64,000 nucleotides of DNA. Origin: Phoronis australis. Its lineage: Eukaryota; Animalia; Phoronida. This document shows positions 25,275 through 38,771 of the stretch, piece by piece; within the stretch, counting starts at the first letter, position 1; every line of letters begins with the position of its first letter. The position numbers and the translations under genes were made by a program. Location of the stretch: contig NMRA01000221.1 of assembly GCA_002633005.1 (NCBI GenBank), positions 312,290 to 376,289 on the forward strand, written 5' to 3'. The notes beneath the pieces were generated by a model. The model saw nothing but the letters and a program-made list of their open reading frames with translations, did not search any database and was not told the DNA's origin.

Positions 25275-26173
25275 GAATCTTACCAATGGTATTGCACCAT
25301 GTGCAGTTTCTGGTATTCACAATTCGTTACGTTTAAATGCAGGTTGATCTTGTGCATTTCTGATTATTATATTTTGGGAAATCTCAGTTGTTTAATATTG
25401 TACTCATCCTGGTGTCGTGCGTATTTTATGAAAATCGCTTACCTAGACAATCCACCGATGTTTTGTCTGACTTACATCTGAACTTCAACCACAATGTAGT
25501 GTTGACAATGGGCAGTAACCCTATTGACCATTCGGAAAACCGCCCACCATCGACTTCTCACTCAAAAATTTCTTTTTAAGTACCCGTGCTCATCTTAACA
25601 CCCAGCCTTGATTTTTTTAGTTTACCAACTTAAGCGTAAGAGTGCAGGTCAAGTACGTGGTGAGCACTCATATGTGGATCAGATGTCCAATCTGCTTTTT
25701 TCTTCTAAATAGATAGCATGTGACCTTTGTATAAGTCAAAGGTCACATAATCAAGTGATGATCCTTAAACCCACAAAATGTCCTATTCTTGCCAATTGAG
25801 TAACACCATTTAACATAAGATTAAGTAGGTCACAACTTGTTTCTAACCAGCTTTGGAAATTATTTCTAGGCTGTTGCTGAGAGAATTGATAGCCTTTTGA
25901 TACTTGAGTCGGAACTTGTCTTGGAAATCTGCTGAATGCGCTGTGACTGTTAGCAGGTTAAGGAATGCATAATAGTTCTCTGCTTGAACTGAAGGTGGGG
26001 TTACTGTAACCTGATATGGGGTGCTTCGTACCTATTTTAGACATAGCAAAATAGTAAACATGAGTCAGCGCTAATACTTACTTTTGAAAAATAACCTGGA
26101 TTTTGTATGCAACAAGGAGGGCTGAATGTGTCTTTAAGACCAGGAACCCAAGTCTAACTTCTGGTCAATACTT

Positions 26174-26280
26174 AGTAATAGTCACTAGTGTCCTGCCTTT
26201 TGAGAATCAGTTTTCTCCCCTGAAAAACGGGCATCGAACTGGTTCTCAAAATCCTGGACCCCTGTGAGTGACTATTGCCC
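26174..26280. mobile_element. Small degenerate fold-back MITE in the probable 3' UTR of the zinc-finger gene
   Basis: Nested inverted repeats aatagtcact/agtgactatt and ttttgagaatcagtt/aactggttctcaaaa. Confidence 0.5.
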
Positions 26281-26912
26281 AAAACGTTTCTTGAAAATTG
26301 ACCAATTTCGTTCAGGGCTCTTCGAAAAAATTTAAAAATTTGTAATTTAATCATGCACCATGTTGGGTCTCGGTCAAGTCTTTGTTCAGAGATAAGACCC
26401 TGGTGTCAGTATGAGGCGCGGTTCTTCTATGTCTGCATGTTATAGTGTGAGTCTGGTTTATTTCTTACTCTCTGTGTCTTTAATTCTTTATCATTCATAT
26501 TGGTGCTTGTAGATGAAGTGTACAGTATATTTCTACATATTTACAAATCACAACACCATGATGTGGTCTAGATTTACAAACTGCCACTTCTTTGTGAGCT
26601 TAGAAATCACATCTAACTGAGCTAACAAAGAATTGGAGACCAGTTTTGTGATTCAGTTGTCTAAGTCAAAACTTGGTGATTGTGGCGGATGGTAATTTCG
26701 CAGCTTGAAAATAAACCGTCTGTTAACACAGGATTTATTGTCTGTTCAATTGAACTGTCTGTTGTCTACAAAACTCACGAAGTGAGTTGACTGTTGTGAT
26801 AGTCACTAGATTGTGCTCTTTGATGCATGTATTTTTTGGAGATTTACAGTAATTTATTAGACTTGTATTTGTAGCTATATCCTGTGTTGATGTTGTCATG
26901 CTATTGAAGACT

Positions 26913-26918
26913 AATAAA
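26913..26918 (+). terminator. Candidate polyadenylation signal of the zinc-finger gene
   Basis: AATAAA at the end of a TGTA/T-rich UTR-like tract; an alternative AATAAA lies near 26710. Confidence 0.4.
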
Positions 26919-29611
26919 TCAGGATCTGATAATCACATTGTAGTTATAGGCGTTTCACATTTCTCATCAGTCTGTTGGTAATTGCATTATGATTTGCATG
27001 TTCAGCCGTTGTGACCAGCCTCAGCGAGAAGCCAAACCTGGAAACCCTTATTTTCTTTGCTCTCTAATGGTTTTCTGGCGGAGCTAAGTCACATTCAGTA
27101 AATGACGTAAGTACTTTAAGCGTATTTAATTGGTAAAGTCTCTTAGTGACTGAGTGTGCCGGCATAATCTCTGACAGCTAGACCACACCTTGGCGATTTG
27201 TCATAAAACCAAAATTTTGTTGCTTTGTAGCTCTGGTCAGTGGTCAAAGCTAATAAGTCTATTTCACTCAACTGTACAAATATGTTTTTCAGCCGTAACA
27301 CCGATAATGTAGCTTTAAGAAGAGTAACTTTATAATTTTCCAATAAAACTATAGATGTCGCTGCTGTGCGTGAACTTGAAATCCTAATTAATATTAAGAT
27401 CACATATGCTTGAACTTGTAATACACTACGAAACTTAGAGAGTTCATTCAAATAATCCTGTTCTTGTTGATAAAAATTTTCACTGCACTAAAGCAAATTA
27501 TATATGTTAATAAAACAATGTAAATTTAAACCAACCTCTTTTCTACTCATGATAGGCGATCTCATTTATTCACCACACAGAAAACTGATTGATTCACATA
27601 TATTCCTCCGATTCGGTGACACAATTGGGTAAAGGAGAAAATGAGTGATCTTGAGGCCAATAACTAAAAATTCCACACAATCGAACAAAAAAATCACCTG
27701 GTTGCCGTAATGAATATTCAATTCCGAGTTGACGCATACGTTATCTTGAGATTAAGCGGGATTCCAAGTTCAAGCACATCATCGCCACGGCACGCGGCGC
27801 ACCATGAAGTTAGTTGACCAGAGATCAAGCTGTCAGTCTCTTCTGGTTTGACTGTTCAAAGTGTCCGATATCGAGGCTTACAAAAATCGTGAAAATTGCT
27901 TTGGCAACGTTTGCTGTAGCAACACGTGATATTCTCAGTGCAGTTCCCGGCGTTTTGGGGCTGTGCGAAAGAGTCGATAACCTTCTATCGACTGTGAAGA
28001 AGCAATTGAAATGGGCGGATACGAGTACAACTTGTTTGTGATTTTTTTTACAATATAAAATTCGCGGCAGCACTAACATTCGCTTTCATTCTTGGGTGCT
28101 TAAGCCTGCTGAGTTAAAAACACCATCCCCGCGCTATTTTTAGCTAAGCCCACTCATCATGGAGACCACAGAAAGTCGTTCTCCGCGGGTCGCCCTTTCC
28201 CCATCTCATAGTTCGAACGGACATTAAGTTGGCGCTCAAAAAAATCGCCCGCATCAATGTCAGACAAGGTTTCTTGTTTCTTTTTCTTAAAAGCTCCCGC
28301 CGCAAAGGCGCGTAAGCAATAGTAAGCAAAGGTTCAGCTGAAACGTCATGATTTGTCAATCGACGATTGAAAAGAAAAAAACAAAAGAACCCTATCACGG
28401 CATGATTTTTGCTAGTCTTGGTTGGAATTTTGTCTTAAAAATGAAGTAAGCAACTCAGTGGAAATCATACCGCGCCACCGACTCGATTTTCAAAAAAACA
28501 AGAGACGCAAAGGAACTAGTGTTTTTGGCCTTAAAAAGTTTGAGACAGGCAACTCGTCAATACGTACAAAGCGTGTGCCATTACGGACCCCATTACAGTT
28601 TCAAAATAGACATTTTCCTGAAGAGGACTGCATAGACTAACTGATTTTGACTGACTCGAACTTTCCCGACCATGAATGCTGTAGGTCACCTTACTGGAGA
28701 TAAAAATTGGTAGGGCCTGTTAAGTGCCCTGCCTAAGAAGCGGTACTCTTTTGGGAAAACTTGAAATGATGTCTTATTTTAGACAGTTGTTTTTGCTTAT
28801 TGATAGGCTTACTCTGTTAAGTGATCGAATTCATTTTCTTTCATTGGCACGGCATGGCAATTTTTGATACTCATTTCGATGTGCTTGGCCTGCCATGCCG
28901 TTTTACCATTTTGGCCTTACTGAACACTTGAGGAGCGGTTTCACCTTCTCACATACAATTTTACGGCGTTCAACCATTACTCTGTGTTTTCCTGAAGGCT
29001 GCAATTCTATCGTGTGTTGCGTGTGCTTTTTAGAAACCATCCATTGTATGCTTTCAAATAAGTCGTAAATGAAGTGCGATATTTTAATTGTATTTCGAAA
29101 TAACAATTAATAACAAACGCGCGTACATACAAGTAGGCGCACAAACAAGATAGATCATCTGTGTTACGCTATAAACAATAAAGCTAAGCGTAACACAACA
29201 GCACTTTACAACATATTTACAGCTATACGACATGTAAATACAGTATTTACAACAACTTTAACAACTTAATGTACAGCACTACCACGAGTTTTCACTTATC
29301 GCTGCAAAGTTCAGCGAGTTCACCCATAGGGTGAAACTTTAACAACATATCTGAGCAAAACATAAGAATGAAACCGATGTCAATAACGAAATATAATCTT
29401 TTGTCACTTAGAAACGACAGAGATCTCGAAGACCGACTCTATATGTACACGTACAATAACAGATTGTCCGAGAATGAAGAACAGAAAAATATCGGCCATC
29501 ATCGCCCACTTCGCGTTTTGCTAAGAAAGTCCACATTGTAACATCACCGGTTTACTGTCGTCTTCCCTTAAGTTCGCTATCCCTTCTACCGTCGAACAAT
29601 ATTTTGTAATG

Positions 29612-32600
29612 TTATGCAAAGTGTTCTTGCTCCAATGCCCAATTCACCGCTTCTAGAACGTTCTCCGAATACTTGACAGGTTTTTTCAATAACGGTTCCT
29701 TCACAAAGTCTCTGTGACCGTGGTAGACGTCGACCGCGTCCGTTACTTCGTTGTTATTTTCTTCTTCACCCTCGTCTTTAGGGGGTTTGTACACCCCCGT
29801 GCCCACCAAAAGGGAGACACATTTTTCAACAGTCTGTGGACTGAACTGTACGTCGTACGGAATGATTCTAGAAGGAGCCAATGTCGCGGTGGTTGTTGAC
29901 GTCACTTCCTTGTCCGGACCAAGAGCCTTGATGTAGCGATCGTACAAGTTAGCGCCGACGATATCAACTTCGTCATTATCGCTGAAATAATTAATTTTAT
30001 CTTTACAGAAGCTATATACAAACTGAAATGCTAAAACTTAAGAATTAACAAGAATTCTTTTAATCGCTTAGGACGAATAGCGCGTTTCGTCATATTTTTC
30101 ACAGTTCATTGCATCCATTTAGTTGTCACCAGTTAAATTACAGTCTACATTGCATTTAACATGGCTACTTACCCAACTAAATAGAGAGTTTTGATTGGCT
30201 TGGTAAATCCCATCTTCCTGGCCTGCATAGAGATCACGTGCTCTGCGTATCTCATGGTAATTTCACTCGGTTTGCCGACCAGTGCTGTGTATTCCAGCTC
30301 CCGTCCGGTAATTTTCTGGAACAACAAGAAATGACGCTTGAGCAAACTAGAGGCATTGTGGGATAGCAGTCTACAGACACTATATTACAAAAGATTTGAT
30401 ATCTTAAAAAAAGTTCTTCTACAAGAGTACAAAGTTCATTCCCATATTGGTAATATAATCACGGCACATTTTCGACTGCAATTGCGTATGAAAATGTCTT
30501 CATCTGCCTTTTACTTACTTTGTAGAGGGCTTCCAAACAGGTTAGGAAGGCACCGTGACCAAATCGCGGCATGCACGCCTCCGCCATAAACACTAGGTCC
30601 ATATTGGCAGCCAGAACAGGTATGTGTCTCTCGGGGTACATGTGCGGCGTTTTGTTTGGCTGTCCATCGGTGAGCAGGAGGTCTATGAGTAACTGTAAGT
30701 TGCTTTCCCAACGGTTGGGCTCGCCCACCATTACAATAGCTGCAAAATGTAGGTGCTATTTCATAAGACAACCGCAACACAAATATTGATAACATCTGGT
30801 ATGATAGCTTGGATTAATCAATGAAATCAATTGAAATCAATGAATCAATAAATCAAGCAATCAGGACCTCTAAATTCTCCCGATAAAACTATCTGTTGCC
30901 AGTTATCTAGCTCAAGATTTCGGGTTCATGACCCGGTCAAGATCTTTTTCAGAAATGTCACTTAAAAATCACAGACGAGGTTTTTAAGAAGAGCAAAAAT
31001 TCACAAAACTGGCAAGATGGGTAAACACGGTAATATGGCCAGTACTTTGTTAACAACGTTAGTTCACAAATTCCAACGAGTGTTATCAAAATTTATGTGA
31101 ATTTTCTTTGAATCTTTAAGTACTTAACAATCCAATTTCTGTTTACCTTCAATTCTGGGCAGTTCATTCTTTTCTGTCCAGCCTTTGGTTGCCAAGGTAA
31201 CTCTATTCATATGGTCGACAATGTCCAGCAGAGGGTAGTTCTCTTTCACGTCGTCAATAGTGCAGATGTTCGTGAAACCTAAGTCGGCGGCGATCTCCCT
31301 GATTTTGCCTTGCCCCACCATCAGCACATGTTTGTCATGGTATCTCTCGAACACTGAGAGGGCGCTCTGAGCATGAATCACTTGGTCGGGGTTGATCTGC
31401 AGAGAAGACGTGGAATCATAAATTTTTGTTTAAAAACGAAAACAGTTTTGAAATCTGCTCTAATAAATCCGTACAAACAATCGTTTTGGTTAAATTCCAC
31501 TTTATTATATATAAAAGTGTAAAAAGAACATATTATTTTTACTTGTAAAAATATACTTTCGCCCATTGATGTAACTTAATATTAAGATCTTCTGATCAAA
31601 ATTAAACGCCAGCTCACCTCAACTCCCAGCCACTGTGTCAGCATGGCTGCCTTGTCCTTACTCCTTGCGCACGAGTTGGTGACGAAGGCCAGCGGCAATT
31701 TCAGTTTGCCTCGCTCGTCCACGCAGCGTCTAATCATCTGCTTGGCCGGCTCTAAAGGCTTTGAGCCTCGGCCAATGACTCCGTCAACGTCGAACAACAA
31801 GCCGAAACTTGGCTGAAATGAAAATGAATGAAACATGGTCAGGTTTCCGTTTGGGTCAATTATTCTATGAAACAATAGATATTGCGACATTGATTGGTCG
31901 GAATTTAAGTTACGAACTATCCGAATTGTTCTAATGTATTGACAATTAAATGTAATTAATCAAAAAGTTAGAAAAGTATCATCAAAGTTGTCGACGACAC
32001 AGGAGTCTGTTGTTTTAGTTTTACTCAAATCGGTTTCAAAAGACAAGCAAAATACCTCTATTTACTTAAAACTAATTTTCCTCAATGACCTACAGGGCGC
32101 TTCAAAAAGTTTGATCTAACTTGAAATGCAACAAATCATTCAAAATGACCTTATAATCATCTCAAATCCCCACCGAGAACCCCCACTTGCTACCTCCCGC
32201 TATCATAAGGCCAGTTGGGTCGACATGTTGTACCGGGTCATCTCTGATAATAGATATCCGAACATTGACCGAAACGTGTTTTATAGCCAACTGAGACATT
32301 AAATTTATAGCAATTCTCATAATCTCCAAACTAAAGGTTATTTTCTTAACAGTGAACAGTTTGACAAACGGGAATCTGAGCATCTGTACTACTTGCGTCA
32401 AATTCGAAGCTTGTGCACAAAACTATCGAGTTGTATTTTTTCTCAGTTTAAACTGATCACGAGGTAACGCCTTTAAGCAAAAGAACACGAGTCCAGGTCG
32501 GCTATGTTGCAGATACCGGATTGTTCCCTTACTAATTCGTGTCCTGGAGACACGACGTCGCTGTTAGTTCGAGAAAAAAGAATTGATTTCGGGGATTTCT

Positions 32601-33875
32601 TTACCGCGGTTACATTTTGTAAGTTCACCCATCTCGATCCTTGACACAGCATAACTCACCTCAACGATTAGTCTTGATCAGTGGACAGAACTATGCTGTG
32701 ACAAAAATCGTGACTAAGTCGGGTCACATATAAAACGTTGACGAAAGTTTGCTCGATTAAGTAATTTAATTACAGCACGCATTCTGCAACGACTTTGAAT
32801 ATATCGGACTGGAAGCCAAAGATAACGCAACTTTATTTAAACCACAGTAGCCGCGCATTGTTTTCAAGTTCTGGAAGCGATGGTTTCAGGACAAGCGCTA
32901 GTAGAAATGACAATAGGTGATACGAATTTCTTTACCTACTACTACAGAACACAGATTAATATTTTTACGTACTTGATGGCAAAATGAATCAAAGACCCCG
33001 TGATCCTCAGCAAGGGTTAAAACAGACGCAAGCTGATATTGAAGTGTAGCGTTATCGTCAAAATTAGGTATTCGCCCTGAAATTATTTCTTGTTAATTAA
33101 TAGCCAACTTCACTAATTCCAAAATAATTATACTTACTCTACAGAGTTCTATATTGCCAATGACGTCACAGAGAACTATTTTAATTAATCCGTCTAACGC
33201 ATATTCCATGGGCGTTTTAGTACCGTTGCGAACATTTACGACAAACCCGAACTTGCGTCTCGGGATATTCGATGTAATTACTGAACCCGTATCGACCTAA
33301 GTACCGGCACGTCGATAGCGTCAATGCACAACCGTCGACAGTTTTGTCGGGCTTGACATAATACAAAACAAACTCACGTCGTTGTTCCCAGTGCTGTACT
33401 GAGCGTTATCCACAAAGTTGCCATGGTTATCCACTACGTTGCCGTTTGCGTTATCAACGTTTCCATTGTCCACGTCCAAGTTTCCGTTCAACATGTTGGC
33501 GTTGCCGTTAAACATTTCGCCGTACCTGAGTTTGTTAACAGGCATATTCACGTTCTGAAAAGAAATGCAAAATTTACATAAAAATCATTTTCCCTGATGG
33601 AAAGCCGATCTTCAAGCACTCGTTTCATGCTCTGTAAGCTAAAGAAATTATCAAAAAGGCACAAGACTACAAATTAGCAGATCGCTTTACGAGCTTATCT
33701 TTAATAAACTGCTTAAAAGTCCTCTGATGCGCTTTTTATGCTAGCAGATGACTCAACTTAGGTAGGATCACTTCTCGATCACATGCACACCAACTATAGA
33801 AGCTGAACTTTGGTAAATTCCATTATTCACTTCTCGAACAATCCATTGACCATTTGCTTCAGTTACCTTCAACAT
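29612..33875 (-). CDS. HDHD5: HAD-family class IIA hydrolase HDHD5/CECR5 homolog, 454 aa; join(33875-33867,33554-33378,31812-31618,31396-31147,30739-30519,30315-30173,29981-29612)
   Basis: Phase-consistent GT-AG introns. Motif I [76 protein letters not shown], motif IV GDNDEVDIVGAN. The first two exons are less certain than the core. Confidence 0.93.
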
Positions 33876-34014
33876 CCGAACACACTCTTCAAAAACTTTC
33901 GCTCGTAGTATCTTGCAAGTATCTAGTTAGGACTAGACGACTTTTTCACGTTAGATCTCACTGTTGTCTTGAAGGCAATTCTCGCTTTGTTTGAATTCTC
34001 AACTCTGCGAGCGG

Positions 34015-34023
34015 TTTTATATA
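34015..34023 (-). promoter_or_regulatory. TATA box of HDHD5
   Basis: TATATAAAA on the - strand about 140 nt upstream of the ATG, with a CRE-like TGACGTA (~34055) and a CCAAT (~34071) further upstream. Confidence 0.55.
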
Positions 34024-37000
34024 ACCTCGCACAGCTGACAGTAGTAAACACTCGTACGTCACACAACAAGGCCAATTGTAGGTCAATACTAACCAGCTAG
34101 GGGTCAGAGATGGGGTATTCGTTGCTGACTTATCAACATTCCACTCGTGATGTTTCAAGTTTTTACATAATAAACAAAAGCATGCGCAAATCATTTGGAC
34201 CCTTAAGTTGGATATTATACTTATTGATTAATATTCACCACTATTTACTAACGTTATTTCACGAGGCCCCATATCGAGGATTTTGATTTCTAATGGCATG
34301 AACGTTGCAGAAATGTTCACGTGAAGTCGCTGCTTTGATTGGTTCCTATTTGCAAAGCTATTTCGATCTCCATGTCACAACACTTATCGCCATATCGAAG
34401 ACTGGTCTTGCACAAATTTTACAAAACTATTATCGAAGGATTTCCAATGTCACAAAGTGACTGACGTTATTTTTTTGTTTGGAGCGCAAAACCGTCACGG
34501 TGACGATCGAGATAGGTCATCCACATTTCAATTCTCTTTTTGTGTTACGAAAGTTATTTAATTGAACTTTGGAGTAATTTGTTTTATTTGCATTGGTGTC
34601 ATATGCAATGTGTATTTGTTTTGAGATTATTAGATCTTATCGATCAGACATGGGCAACCCCCAAACGACAGAGCAAAGACCTACAGATAATACTTCGCCT
34701 GCCGGGCCGGTACAAATCCGGGCTTGCACTCTCAGTGGGCCTACAGTACGGTTACCTGTAATTCTATTGCCAAAATGATTGAACGACAAACTTCAATTTG
34801 AAAATTATATAGCACGACACGTTTCTTTCAGCGTCCGACCACTCTCTTTTTGTATTTTTTCTGTGAGCCTGCCAATGGCACATCCTTTGTTGTGCGCTGG
34901 GATTTTAACAATATATATAAGAGGGCTATTGGACCTTGTACCTCCAGGGTTATGGTAATAAACTGGTATTCAGTGCTCAAGCCAACACACGAATCTGGCA
35001 TCACAGTCAGTCCTACCGAATCTTGGATGAAATCACTGCACCAGGTTACCGCATAAGCTGTGGGTTATTGAGTTCTACACGGAATTTATAAGAATGTAAT
35101 ATGATAACGCAATGGTTTACACTCGTTTGCACCGGCTCTGTGTTCTCCTCATTTCGCAAGCCAGTAGCGGGTGTACGGGGGGGAGGGGGTAGGAGGCTTG
35201 ATCAACTCACGACTGAAACACCCGTGTCGTCGCTGAAACCTAACCCAGAGTCTGTCATTGTACAAAATCAACTCCCACTTCGATGACCAGACTAAGCTGG
35301 GGTGCGGCATCGAAACTGGAGCTTGATGTTGATGAAAACTTAGGAAGTAGAACTGCATAGACCGTCATGTTCGCCAGGCCAGGGACCTGTATTCGTTGCG
35401 CCAAATCAATAGCGTCTGAGTTTGCAGGCCGCAGCGCAGCCAATAAAGCCTCAACATCATCACGGGTGGTATTACGACATTGCGCCACGGTGATCATAAA
35501 ATTAAGGCCCTGGAATCGGATCTTGCATAAATTGACTAAATCTATTACATAACGGACTATCACTATCACTGCTGACATTGTTACTGTAATAATTGATTAC
35601 TGTCCAAATTGCTCACACTTTTCAATAGTTTCCGACGCCTTCTGGTAAATTTATTTTTAACAGTGTTGATCGCATTCGCAAGTGCACAAGTTATAATATT
35701 TTACTTCTCACGCAAGTGCGGATGAATGACAACGATGGTTGGCATGCATTTTGATAAGCGAGAATAAAATGTGAAGCGCGTTAATCCGTATGAAATATTC
35801 GATTATAGCGTCATATTATCGTATATAGGCCTACAACCTACATGCAGTGAATTCAACCCACGTCTCTGGAAATTGCGATAAGCTATCAATTAAGAGACGG
35901 ACGGTGGCGAACATGTCTGTCGAATATTCAAAGAAACAACTAATGTCGCTGTAATCTGAAAACATTTTGTTGTTCCCACAATAAGTAACGTAGCCACCGT
36001 TAGAGGATTGATGTCAAAATTGACATTTTGATGAAAAATTCAAAACTGAATAGAAAATAAACGAAACAGTTTCGTGTGGTCGTTGGATTTAGTTGTGTAA
36101 ACTTTCACTGCCTGCGCACGGCTTCTCCCGAGTTCGTCGTTTTGCACACGTATTTCATGTTAAAGCTTGTGTTTGTCAATTTAACGGCTAACTTAAGGCA
36201 TGGTGTTATTGACATTTTGGTTTATCAAAGAACTGAAAGATTAAAATTATGCGGTTTAAGTATTGTACTGTACCAGCTGCCCACTTTGTTTACGTTTTTT
36301 TTCATTCGTCACTGAGTTTCTGCTTAACCCCATTAAACTTGGTTATGTAATTTTCGGACTGCTCTGACGTTGGTATTGACGTGTTGTTTGACCATCTCAC
36401 TGGTCAGTTTTGGACTATCGCCAAATGAGGGATCGTTACACAATAGATAACCGCTGTTTTTGCCTTTTTTCTATGATAGAAAATTTATCAGTTTTTTATG
36501 ATATCAATAGTTGGTCCACGGCCCTTGATATATTACTTAACGGTACATACAAAATAATACGGTAGCAGGGCCCGTGAAACAGGATGAAAACAAAACGTCA
36601 ACATGTGCCGCCACGAATGCGCACTGATGTGCAACGTGACAGTGATCGAAGCAAAAAGTTCATTACAAAGGTAAAAAGTTGACCAATACAAGGAATGTTG
36701 ACTGACCGAGAACACTTAATTGGTCAAAAACTTGGACACAGAACACGAGATCACCAATGGGTCAGATGGGTTAACTAGCGTTCACATCGCGTAACAACAC
36801 ATTTGTGTCAACACGCTCAATCTAGGTCAAAAGTGTATATACTCAACAAAAATACAGCTCGAGTCTTGACGGCCCCTTCATGGCAAATATTGTTTTCATT
36901 GCCAAGTTACGCCTATCATTATGTTGTATAACGCGGGAATATATATTACGTAAAAAGAAAAAATTTGCGACCACTGAAAACAATGCGTAAGAGTTTCTAT

Positions 37001-37453
37001 CTTCAGAGGTTAACAGTTCAAGCTTTGCTGGGGGTTCACTTGATTACTGTAAAACACATGTCTAAGTAGGTCAACAAGGGCCTGGCACTGGAATGCTGTT
37101 GTTGCGAGAGTGCTATATTTCCACCGACCTTGACATGTTCAAAGCAAACAGTTTGTTTTATGGTGCGCAAGTTTGACCGGTTTGAACTTGAAGGGCTACA
37201 AAAACTGCCAAAAAGGGATGCAGTCACGTGGTACCTGTGTGTTTGGATTCTAAATATCGACTAGTCGTAAAGAACGTTCGTTACCAGTAATTATTTTACA
37301 TCGATGACTTTTTGAAACCAACGATCAGGAGTAAAGGGTAACAAACTTCTCAAATCATTTCAACTTTTCAAAGCGTTTCTTAAATGGTCGTAAACTGAAG
37401 CAATGACGAATTATAAGAAATTGGGAGAGGGGGCTTTCCTACACAACCTGTTT

Positions 37454-37611
37454 CATGGGCGGCGCACCATAGGGGGCTGGGGGGCTATAGCCCCACCACA
37501 TTTTTCAGTGCTACGCCGCCCATTGTCTGTGAGCGCTGCATCATAGGGGGGGGGGGGGGGNCTGAGGGGCTATAGCCCGGCCCCCACTTTTTTCAGTGCT
37601 ACGCCGCCCAC
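37454..37611. mobile_element. GC-rich mini-MITE with a second partial copy across N at 37561
   Basis: TIR atgggcggcg/cgccgcccat; ggggctatagccc...tttttcagtgctacgccgccca occurs twice. Confidence 0.6.
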
Positions 37612-38518
37612 GGGTGTCTCATGGTCTTAGATACTAAGTGCAGCAAGGAACCTGCAAGTTCCGAATCTCCGTTGATTACCCACCTTTTGGAGGAAATTTA
37701 AAATAAAATATTTAGTCGTGATAAAAACTATACAAAATATCCCAGTGAAAGGTACTGGGGTAGCGGCTGCAATGAAATTACTGATTTACACATGTTTTTC
37801 TCAAGCTAATCTGATAAACCAGTTGTCAGCAAAAGTACATTAAATATCATAATCCGCTATATGCATAACAAACACATTTTTACTCTCCATAACCTTGTCC
37901 TTGCGCAAAATCAACATTCTCTTCCATCCAGTTGTTGTTGAGTCTTTCAGTTGACACCGTCCGACTTACGTCGGTAGGGCGTTTTGACATTGTGAGAAAT
38001 CGTGGTCATCCGAATTTATGATTGATGTGTTTATTTACAACATTGAATGATGAGATCCAGTTACATAATTCTCGCAAACTCTTTGCCTAGACCGAGGACT
38101 GACAGTGCGTGATTCAACACACGTCGCGATATGTGAGCTGTTTTTTTTTAGCCTTGACAGCCCGGCTACGGTTGGCCAGCCTGAGCGCAACCTCTGCATC
38201 AATGTCGACGCGTTGTCAAAATCGGTTCAGTTAGAGGTCAGACACAGCAAACCGCAGGTCGGCTCAGTGCGGGATATCGTATGCACTCCCGGATTTTTGA
38301 CTTCGTATTCGGTTTTTGGGACTACTGTCTGTACACTCGAGCCCTTTGGTTTTGCTAAATAAGAATGTTCACTGGTGCTGAGACACGTCAGTGCAGGAAC
38401 TGTTTTGTTGATACGTCAGGTAATCTATCCACATTATCTCAGTGGGCCTCCGGTACGAAATAATGGGCAATGGTTGATCACTCGAGCAATCTCTCGCGAA
38501 CGAAAATCGTCAGAACTA

Positions 38519-38771
38519 CATGCGCACCCAGGGGGGGGGGGTGGGGGNGTTACCCCCATTTGGCGAAGTGGGCAAAAAGGTCCGCCCCAGAGATACAAAA
38601 AGGACGAGAAAACGAGAAAAAAGTACACTATAAAGTACAAACGCACAATTCACAGCACGTACAGCTCCGATAGTGGTACTGTTTTTTTTTTAGTCGATTG
38701 ACTAATTTGTTAGTGAAAGGTTCCCATCGCCAAGAATTCGAGCCCCCCATTGAAGGCTGGGTGCGTGCATG
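38519..38771 (+). mobile_element. CATG-terminated MITE, family copy 1
   Basis: TIR catgcgcacccag/ctgggtgcgtgcatg; internal sequence shared with 44065-44302 and, inverted, with 45701-45889. Confidence 0.7.

Noticed and set aside
35255-35578. 107-aa - strand ORF
   Set aside because: No recognisable domain, no clear splice partners, and competing ORFs on both strands
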